From NCBI GenBank assembly GCA_016699935.1, contig CP064992.1:690001-722000 (forward strand): a stretch of 32,000 nucleotides of DNA, given 5' to 3'. The notes beneath the pieces are model-generated. The model ran no database searches. It was not told the origin of the DNA and saw only the letters and a list, made by a program, of their open reading frames with translations. This document shows, piece by piece, positions 24,488 through 32,000 of this stretch. Made by a program: the position numbers and the translations under genes. This stretch comes from Candidatus Saccharimonadota bacterium. GTDB taxonomy: Bacteria; Patescibacteriota; Saccharimonadia; Saccharimonadales; UBA4665. Within the stretch, counting starts at the first letter, position 1. Each line of letters begins with the position of its first letter.

Positions 24488-24847
24488 TCAGACTGGCAAG
24501 CTTCGTATTTGCGTGGTTTGAAGCCTGCGATTCTTGTCAATATTGGTTACGCTAGCTTTTAAACCTTGCCAATAAAAATGGACCTTTTTCGCGTTGCTAA
24601 AGACGGAGCGAAGTAGCGCAAAAGGGCAAGGTCGATCGATTATTGCTGCCAGGAACGATCTTGTGTGATAAAGATCACTACAAATAAGTAAAATCAAAGC
24701 AAAGAGCGCAGAAACACTATTCAAATATGACAAATCTGATGGTGCAACTTCTGGCTTGAGCATGATTGCTATAAGGCTGGCTTTCGATTCAGCTTGGCTT
24801 TCATCATAATGTCGCACAACTATCGTAATCGCACCTCGATTGTACAA
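24488..24847 (-). CDS. Hypothetical protein (TTG start), function unknown
   Basis: A 119-codon ORF followed by the 24405-24435 hairpin, with one hydrophobic stretch (VSALFALILLICS). I recognise no motif, and slips may distort the frame. Confidence 0.35.
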   Translation of the reverse strand: MYNRGAITIVVRHYDESQAESKASLIAIMLKPEVAPSDLSYLNSVSALFALILLICSDLYHTRSFLAAIIDRPCPFALLRSVFSNAKKVHFYWQGLKASVTNIDKNRRLQTTQIRSLPV

Positions 24848-25104
24848 AAAAGACAGCTCTACTCCTTATGGCGTCCAATCAGCTTATGCATAGTCCTTCA
24901 AGATAATAAAGCGCAGCTATCAGCTTGATGTGAAGCAATCTTGTCAGTTGCTTAGCGCCCATTGGATAGAATAAGGTAGCAGGGATGAGCATAAGGTAGT
25001 AGTATTAAGAAGCTAGCAACAAACGGCTATATTAACTCTCAAATCGCCACGTTTACGTTCAGATAATAATCTGTTACGCTTATAGTAAAAGGAAGAGGGT
25101 AAGA

Positions 25105-25865
25105 ATGGCGTTTATCATCGCTATAACCAATCAAAAGGGAGGAGTCGGCAAAACAACGACAGCTGTAAATATAGCCGCTCAACTGGCAACGAATAAGCGC
25201 CGGGTGCTTTTGGTTGACCTCGATCCTCAGGGTAATGCTACTAGTAGCCTGGGTATCGACAAAGCAGCTTTGCCGGCAACATTGTACGACGTACTAGTTG
25301 GCGATAGCACCGTGGCAAAGATAGTCCTACCGACAAAAGTAGCAAATCTTTTCATATTGCCAGCAAATAGTAGCCTGGTTCAGGCCGAAGTTGATTTAGT
25401 AAGTATGACGCAGCGTGAGTTTCGGCTAAAAGACAAGCTGGCTAATGTTGACGCAGATATCATAATCATTGATTGTCCGCCAGCACTTGGTCTGCTGACT
25501 GTCAATGCTCTTACTGCCGCAAATGGCGTTCTCATACCTGTGCAGTCAGAATATTTTGCCCTAGAGGGACTAAGTGAACTCATGAATACGATTCGGTTGG
25601 TGCGAGGTGGTTTGAATCCAGATCTCGACCTGTTTGGTGTCGTCCTGACGATGTTCAATAAGCGCACCGTGCTAAGTGAGCAAGTTTTGGCAGAAGTAAG
25701 ACAGCATTTTGGCGAAAAGTTTTCAAAACTGTCATACCTCGAAATGTCCGTCTGGCTGAAGCGCCAAGTTATGGAAAGACCATCTTTGAGCATGATAAAT
25801 GGAGCAAAGGTGCGAGGGCGTACAAAGCACTAGCTCAGGAGGTAGCAAAACGTGGCAGCTTCTAA
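25105..25865 (+). CDS. parA: ParA/Soj chromosome-partitioning ATPase (slip in A-run 25715-25718)
   Basis: Deviant Walker A (KGGVGKTT), DLDPQGNAT and IIIDCPP. After GEK the next frame gives the canonical tail VFKTVIPRNVRLAEAPSYGKTIFEHDKWSKGARAYKALAQEVAKRGSF. An RBS (ggaagaggg) precedes the ATG. Confidence 0.9.
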
Positions 25866-26717
25866 ACAACATGGACTTGGTAGGGGACTGGGTTCGCTTA
25901 TACCCCAGAATCTGGACACTAGCTTACTAATAAATGAAGGTGAGCACATCCACAAACTGGCACTGGATCAACTTCAGCCCAACCCCGATCAACCACGAAC
26001 CGTTTTTGATGAAACAGCTCTCAAGCAACTAGCCGAAAGCATATTACGCTATGGTATTGTCCAGCCTTTGGTGGTCTGTCCAAGAGGTGATGGTTATGTC
26101 ATTATCGCTGGTGAGCGGCGTTGGCGGGCAGCGCAAATTGCCAAACTCAAAACGGTACCAGCACTGGTAAGAACCACGAAAGAGCTAGAACAGCTAGAGA
26201 TTGCTCTAGTTGAAAATGTCCAGCGAGTAGATCTTAGCCCACTGGAGCAAGCAGTATCTATCGAAAGGCTACATCAGCAATTCAATCTACCGTATAGTGA
26301 CATCGCCAAACGCCTTGGTAAATCGGAATCGACTATAAGTAATACAGTTCGTTTGCTCCAGTTACCACCACAAGCCAAACTAGCTCTCCAAAACGGGCTT
26401 GTTAGCGAGGGACACGCGCGGCAAATTCTAGCGCTCAAGGGATCGCCTGGCAAGCAAGAAGAGTTGCTCCGTCTCATTACGTCTCAGCATTTGAACGTGC
26501 GGCAGGCGGAGCGTTTTGTGAATTCGGTTAAGTCAGGAAAACTGACCAGAACAGTGCTCGTCGTGCGGTTGGGCTAGAGAACAATGAAACTGCAGTCCTT
26601 GGCAAACGGTATAAAACAGATGTAAAATTATACCGAACTGCCAGAGGTGGACGCCTCGAACTTTACTTTCGTTCCGACGAAGATCTCGAACGTCTCATCC
26701 GTGAGTTATCAGCGTAA
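25852..26717 (+). CDS. parB: ParB/Spo0J partition protein (slip in A-run 26538-26541)
   Basis: GLGRGLGSLIP, IIAGERRWRAA, and an HTH region (YSDIAKRLGKSESTISNTVRLLQL). The tail in the next frame reads KTDQNSARRAVGLENNETAVLGKRYKTDVKLYRTARGGRLELYFRSDEDLERLIRELSA. The GTG start overlaps the parA end. Confidence 0.9.
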
Positions 26718-26762
26718 GTTGGCACTAGTTCCCGTGCCTCACACTGGTTCTTGCAGTGCTTT

Positions 26763-27406
26763 TTAGAACCGTTTTATGGCATTTAAGGGGAGGATTCTAG
26801 CAACCAACTTGCCTACAACCTGATCGGTTTGAATGGGCCCAAATCGGCGTGAATCAAGTGATTGTGGGCGGTTATCGCCACATACGAATAGTTCCGTATC
26901 TGAAAGCGTAATGTCGACATTATCGGTTGTCGGCGGTATGGCGTACTCTTTGCCGTACGGCAGAGTTGTGTCTGGCTGGAAGCCTTGAGGATGTTCTTTG
27001 GTATAGACGGTGACCACATTGTCTTTTATGACCACATGCTCGCCCGGAAGGCCAATCACGCGCTTCACCAGCTTTTTCATCAACTCCGCCGCTGTAATTT
27101 GCCAGACCTGATTCATGTAAAATGATAATATCACCCCTGTTGGGAACATACTGATGACCAGTTATTTTTGACCAGGTGCGGGCGAGCTTCCATACGATCA
27201 GGCGATCATTATGTTGTAAGGTGGATTCCATACTCGGCCCATCTACTTGGTAAGATTGAAAACAAACAAGGTCAGAAAAATTGCGATAACTGGGGCGAGT
27301 AGCAGTATACCTATAGTAGAAAGTATATCGCGAAGACCACGTGACTCCTGGGGCTAGACGATTCAGACGATTCAGTCTCTGTTACGAAAGGATCCTGTTT
27401 TTCCAT
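26763..27406 (-). CDS. lepB: Signal peptidase I, reconstructed across ~4 slips
   Basis: TM segment ILSTIGILLLAPVIAIFLTLFVF | QSYQVDGPSMESTL (catalytic Ser box) ...NRGDIII | ...KRVIGLPGEHV (catalytic Lys box) ...FVCGDNRPQSLDSRRFGPI (box E). The ORF-track pieces are 26920-27231 and 26763-27149. Confidence 0.8.
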
Positions 27407-27505
27407 GTAATACTACTATACTGCACGGCAGGACTTGAGTAAAATATTCGGAGCGAAAGGTTTACGTCTCAAAGCATAATCGGTATAATGACAAGCCATA
27501 GACCT

Positions 27506-29097
27506 ATGAACACAAAGACACGTCAAAAAGTGCCGTTCCTCGTGCCAGCTTAGATGGTTTTATTGGAGCTCGAGGCGAGTATTCAGAACTATATCGGTCT
27601 GATACTCAGTCTTCAAATGGTGCAGTGGCCTCATCTCCTGCGACTAAGGATCCAGGGTACTGCTTCACGGTCAGTAATCGTTCGTCTACCCTTGTTCCCC
27701 AGAGAAGTTGGACGAATCGCATCATTTTGATTTACCCCGCTATATTGCTCCAGAGCATCCACTGAAGGTAGTGCGCAAAAACTCCCTGGCGACGACGTTT
27801 TGTCCAGCTTTCTGCTGCAACTTTCGCTTTGTTCGTCGTTGTGAGCGGAGCGCTATTTTGGCGTGGGTATAGTAGCATCCAGAAGGTCTTTCAGGGGACA
27901 AATACTGTTGCTGCACTCAGTGCTGAAAAAGTTGCGCCCGAGTTACTGAAGGGTGAGGGTGACGGGCGAGTAAATATCTTAATGATGGGTGTTGGGGGCC
28001 AAAATCACCCTGGTGGCGACTTAACCGATACGCTCATGGTTCTTAGCGTTGACCCAGTAAACAAGAAAGCCGCTATGCTCAGTGTGCCACGTGACCTGTG
28101 GGTAAAAATGCCGGTTAATTATTTTGGTTCGTACCAGAAAATCAACGCCGCATACAGCAGCGGAAAATATAAATATCTTGGTAACAATGACACATCAAAC
28201 AATGATCAACGGGCGGTAATGGCAGGGTTTGCATCGGCAAGCGATGCGGTCAGCGGCGTTTTGGGCATTACGATTAACTATAGTGTGCTCGTTGATTTCC
28301 AGGCGTTTGAACAAGCGGTCAATACGGTAAATGGGGTAACGCTCGATGTTAAAGAGCAGCTCTATGACCCCACGATGGCCTGGGAAAATGCAAATAATGC
28401 CGTGCTTGCGCCGGCCGGCTTGCAGAGCATGGACGGCAAACGGGCGCTTATGTATGCGCGGTCGCGTGAAACCAGCTCGGACTTTGCACGTTCAGAGCGG
28501 CAGCGGCAACTTCTCGTGGCGCTCAAGCAGAAAGTACTAACGCTCGGTACCCTGAGCAGCCCCGCAAAGATAGATGGTTTGTTAAATGCGTTTGGCGACA
28601 ACGTTCGGACGGACTTAAGTACGCAAGCAGCGAATCGCCTAGTCAGTATCATGCGTGACATAAACGACAATGATATCGCATCACTGAGTCTGACAACTCC
28701 ACAGAATCTTGTCACGACCGATCGTGTTGGTGACGCATCTGTCGTGAGGCCAAAAGCAGGCTTCAATATGTATAGTGATATTCAAACGTATGTTCGGATG
28801 CAGCTTCAAGACGGTTACCTCTTGAAAGAACGAGCGAATGTCTACATTATTACTACCACGGAAAAGATTCGCTTACATACGGTTGAAACCCTTTCCGGGT
28901 ACGGTTATGCCGTGTCGGGCTCCTCGACTTCTCAGCACTTACCAGTTGGGGCGACCATAGTCGATCTAACTGACGGCGCCAAGCCGTATACCCAGCATTA
29001 TTTGCAAGATAGATACGGTATTGCTGCGGTACGTGAGCTACCACGGGGCATTACCGTTCCAGTTGGCGTACAGTTTGCTATACTAATAGGTACATGA
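27506..29097 (+). CDS. LytR-CpsA-Psr (LCP) family cell-envelope phosphotransferase, N-terminus restored across 3 slips
   Basis: MNTKTRQK | AVPRASLDGFIG... | PEKLDESHHFDLPRYIAPEHPLKVVRK | TPWRRRFVQLSAATFALFVVVSGALF (TM segment). The LCP core follows: RVNILMMGVGG...GGDLTDTLMVLSVDPVNKKAAMLSVPRDLWV...GKRALMYARSRETSSDFARSERQRQ. The slips sit at homopolymers at ~27525, ~27710 and ~27780. Confidence 0.85.
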
Positions 29098-29846
29098 GAC
29101 CACTGATTACAAAATTAAAGCCCAGCAAGGGTTTTTCTCACTCAGTCTACTTACTACTGAATGTCTTGTTTCCGGTGATTGTTATTTCGCTGGTGCGAGC
29201 AGGCTTTGTTCAAGTTGCGCTTGCGGTTATTCTGCTTAGCAAATGGCGGATGTTTGCGGTCCGTCCTCGTTTTTGGATTGCAAACATACGGACTAACGCT
29301 GTCGATGTCATCGTAGGGCTATCTGCGTTGGCGCTTATGGATGGTACCGATACGATGTGGTTACAGGGGCTATACGTAACCGCATGGGTGCTATGGCTCA
29401 TTTTTATCAAACCGAAGCACGATGTATTCTGGGTTTCGCTGCAAGCGTTCTTTGGTCAGGTTGTCGGGCTTATGGCTGTTTTTTCGGCACTCGATTATGC
29501 CTCGCTGATGACGCTCATAATTGCAGTTGGTTTCATCTGTTTCTTCGCTGCGCACCACTTTTTTTACAGCTTCGAAGAACCGCACATCCGGCTACTCGCA
29601 TACGTATGGGCATATTTTGGCGCCGCGCTGACATGGATTCTGGGGCATTGGCTTGTGTACTACTATGGGGTTGTTGCTCAGCCTACACTCATTCTTTCGG
29701 CCATGGCATTCAGTATCGGTACTTTGTATTATTTAGATCACTTCGATAAACTATCCAAACTCTTTCGGAGGGAAATATTGTTTATACTTATTACCGTGCT
29801 ACTTGTTATTATTGCCTTTTCGGACTGGGGAGATAAGACTATCTAA
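29094..29846 (+). CDS. Polytopic integral membrane protein, function unknown
   Basis: A 250-aa intact ORF with about 6-7 hydrophobic segments. It is translationally coupled to the LCP gene by an ATGA overlap at 29094-29097. Confidence 0.7.
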   Translation: MRPLITKLKPSKGFSHSVYLLLNVLFPVIVISLVRAGFVQVALAVILLSKWRMFAVRPRFWIANIRTNAVDVIVGLSALALMDGTDTMWLQGLYVTAWVLWLIFIKPKHDVFWVSLQAFFGQVVGLMAVFSALDYASLMTLIIAVGFICFFAAHHFFYSFEEPHIRLLAYVWAYFGAALTWILGHWLVYYYGVVAQPTLILSAMAFSIGTLYYLDHFDKLSKLFRREILFILITVLLVIIAFSDWGDKTI

Positions 29847-29880
29847 CTATAGCTTAGCTTCAGCTTAGCTTCAGGAAAGA

Positions 29881-31097
29881 ATGATACAAAGGAGGTTTAT
29901 GGACTTACAATCAAAAACGCAATCAACAAATAGTGTGTCTAAGGCTAACTTGCTTACAAAGATTCTGATTGGGCTTATAATCATGGCAATTAGCTTTGGT
30001 GGTGGGTGGCTTGGTGCCGCAAGTCAGGGTAGGGATAGCAATTCACGGGTTATTGCCGAGCAAAAAACAGCTGTTGCAAGTACGGCTAACCTGGTTAGTT
30101 CTATTGCTGGAACTGTTGGTGAAAGCGTTGTGTCGGTCAATGTAACTTCACAATCTGGCGGCTCAACCTACGGCGGCTTTTTTGGATTCGGCTACGGTCC
30201 GTATACACAAGAAAGTGCCGGCACAGGGGTGATACTGAGCTCGGATGGGCTCATACTGACAAATCGACATGTGGTGCCTACCGGTACAACTGAGGTCAGC
30301 GTCACGCTCAGTGACGGAACGGTGCTCGAAAAGGTAAAGTGATTGCCCGCACGAATGCGCGTGACAGCCTTGATATTGCATTCCTGAAAGTTGAGGATAA
30401 TGAAGGCAAGAAGCTTGTTGCTGCCAAACTGGGCGACTCGAGCAAGATGAAAGTGGGTGACGCGGTTGTTGCCATCGGTAATACGCTCGGCCAGTTCCAA
30501 AACACCGTGACAAGTGGCATAATTTCTGGCTATGGTAGAAGTCTTATAGCTGGAGACGGATCTGGGGATCAAGCTGAAAACCTTGATGATATGTTTCAGA
30601 CAGATGCAGCAATAAACCAAGGCAATTCAGGCGGACCGCTCGTTAATATGAATGGCGAAGTTATCGGCATCAACACTGCTATCGCAAGCGATGCGCAAAC
30701 AGTTGGCTTTGCCATACCTATCAACAATGTGAAAGGCCTTATCGATAATGTGAAAAAAAGCGGCAAGCTCGAGAGGCCATATCTTGGCGTTGTCTATGTG
30801 ATGGTCACCGATGATATCGCGAAAGAGTATAACCTTGGTGCTACCAGGGGAGCATACATTCCCAAAGCAGAAGATATGGGCAGCGATACTATCCTGAAAG
30901 ATGGCCCTGCAGCGGCCGCCGACATACAAGAGGGTGATGTAATAACTAAGATAGATGGTGTAGAAATTAACGAAAAATCGAGCTTACTTTCGGTCCTAAG
31001 CAAACATAAATCGGGTGATAGTGTTGAGCTGACCATACTACGCGGAAACGATACAAAAATAATTAGCGTAAAACTTGGCACCGCGCCAGCAAGCTAA
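29881..31097 (+). CDS. htrA: HtrA/DegP-like trypsin-fold serine protease with C-terminal PDZ domain (slip in A-run 30329-30332)
   Basis: N-terminal TM segment. Catalytic triad contexts: LTNRHVV (His), DIAFLKV (Asp), GNSGGPL (Ser). PDZ-like tail: YLGVVYV...GDVITKIDGVEIN...GDSVELTILRG. Fragments 29881-30342 and 30339-31097 join as LEK|GKVIARTN. An alternative start at 29899 follows AAAGGAGG. Confidence 0.85.
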
Positions 31098-31114
31098 CCA
31101 ACTGTTTAAGAGCT

Positions 31115-31274
31115 AATCCACATCTATCTTTTGCCTATAAAATCAAGGTCACTCACTAGTTATCTGTCCTTTCGTTTAGGGTTCGTAGCTATGGCCACGA
31201 CCACAGACCGAAGCAACAGATAACAAATCATGAGTGTTGCTTGATTTTCGGCTGTAACAGATAGATGTGGAATT
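31115..31274. repeat. Long imperfect inverted repeat filling the convergent htrA-prmC spacer
   Basis: Colinear complementary blocks: ccacatctatct (31118-31129)/agatagatgtgg (31259-31270); aaaatcaag (31139-31147)/cttgatttt (31240-31248); cactca (31150-31155)/tgagtg (31231-31236); gttatctgt (31159-31167)/acagataac (31216-31224). Confidence 0.7.
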
Positions 31275-31277
31275 GCT

Positions 31278-32000
31278 CTAGGTCGAGTAAAGCTGTGCGA
31301 GTCCGTCAGTGGTGGTTAGCGAATAGCCGGTACCTTGGGCAATTGTAGCAAGGCTGGAATGCTGTTCGAGTAAAGACTCGGTAATTATGCATTTCACTTG
31401 GTGCTCTTTTGCCTGCACAAAGAGTGCACGGTAGTAGTCCAGTCCATCGGCTCCACCGTACAGTGCGCTGCGAGGTTCATGCGCCGCGGCTCTGTTGATT
31501 GGGTATGCATCTGGTACGTAGGGAAGGTTGGCAAGAATGATAGAATTTTGCATTATGAACTTTGAATTTGGGATATGAGCAAGTAAATCTGCACGGAGGA
31601 AGGTGATATTTGCGGATAGTTTTAGGGCGTTTTGTTTAGCCACCTCTAAGCAGGCTGGGTCGATGTCGGTTGCAAGTACGGTGCTGTTCGGTAGCTCAAG
31701 CTTTGAGGTAATTGCAAGCGCACCCGAGCCCGTCCCAATATCGATAATCGTGATTTCGGAGTGGTGCTTTGTGGATGCTACGAGAAGCGTAATCATGCTT
31801 TCAGACTCGGGGCGGGGTACTAGCACATGTTCATTGACCACAAATTCTCGGCCATAAAACTCAACCTTACCGCGGATGTACGCTAGCGGGATATGCTGTA
31901 TTCTTTGAGCAATCTTTTTATGCAAACTTTTCAATTCCGACCTCTGTAATTCGTACTCAGGGTGCGCCAAAACCCAGGCTTTATCCCGTCCCAGCATATC
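31278..32000 (-). CDS. prmC: Release-factor glutamine N5-methyltransferase PrmC/HemK, 5' end probably beyond window
   Basis: VLVPRPESE, SAM-binding IIDIGTGSGALAI, and the catalytic NLPYV (an NPPY variant). The reading frame is still open at the window edge (..DMLGRDKAWVLAHPE), a segment that normally lies ~40 residues into PrmC. Confidence 0.85.
   Translation of the reverse strand, partial: DMLGRDKAWVLAHPEYELQRSELKSLHKKIAQRIQHIPLAYIRGKVEFYGREFVVNEHVLVPRPESESMITLLVASTKHHSEITIIDIGTGSGALAITSKLELPNSTVLATDIDPACLEVAKQNALKLSANITFLRADLLAHIPNSKFIMQNSIILANLPYVPDAYPINRAAAHEPRSALYGGADGLDYYRALFVQAKEHQVKCIITESLLEQHSSLATIAQGTGYSLTTTDGLAQLYST

Noticed and set aside
24850-26760. parS site near parAB
   Set aside because: I looked for tGTTNCACGTGAAACa-like sequences. 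The CACGTG occurrences in the window (~27345, ~28090) have unrelated flanks, so no canonical parS is present.
26743-26764. Rho-independent terminator after parB
   Set aside because: It has only a 5-bp stem (cactg/cagtg) before the T-run, and it overlaps the lepB stop. That is too weak to call.
1-32000. Programmed frameshifting or slipped-strand phase variation as the cause of the homopolymer slips
   Set aside because: The runs are short (2-8 nt). The slips affect housekeeping genes as often as surface genes, and they lack slippery-heptamer or stimulator contexts. Sequencing error is more parsimonious.

Overview
The gene content suggests a small-genome bacterium, possibly CPR/Patescibacteria (Saccharibacteria-like). 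That is inference only; no search was run. About 58% of the window is three giant + strand surface-protein genes rich in Thr/Gly/Asn: A (1-7437, 5' end outside the window), B (9184-15047) and C (17606/17735-22846). A and C are tail-fibre/tailspike-like mosaics with right-handed beta-helix cassettes, a CBM-like module and recurring junction motifs. They share a ~1.56 kb near-identical beta-helix cassette whose boundary falls on a junction motif. B fuses a polyglycine 'glycine-rich domain' to ~18 Kelch-type blades. The spacers between them hold several repeat types: 7-bp heptad tracts joined to a conserved hairpin module, REP-like hairpins, and a G-rich 14-15 bp tandem repeat. They also hold a BrnT/BrnA toxin-antitoxin pair, a PaaX/Cas2-fold regulator flanked by two related palindromes, and a RAYT (IS200-like Y1 transposase) gene bracketed by exact inverted 43-bp REP hairpins. 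Positions 25.1-32.0 kb are a housekeeping block: parA, parB, lepB, an LCP protein, a membrane protein, an HtrA-like protease and prmC. Nearly every gene, including the housekeeping ones, is broken by 1-2 nt slips at short homopolymers. I therefore merged ORF-track fragments by manual translation and treat the slips as probable consensus errors, not gene decay. I found no rRNA, tRNA or CRISPR array.
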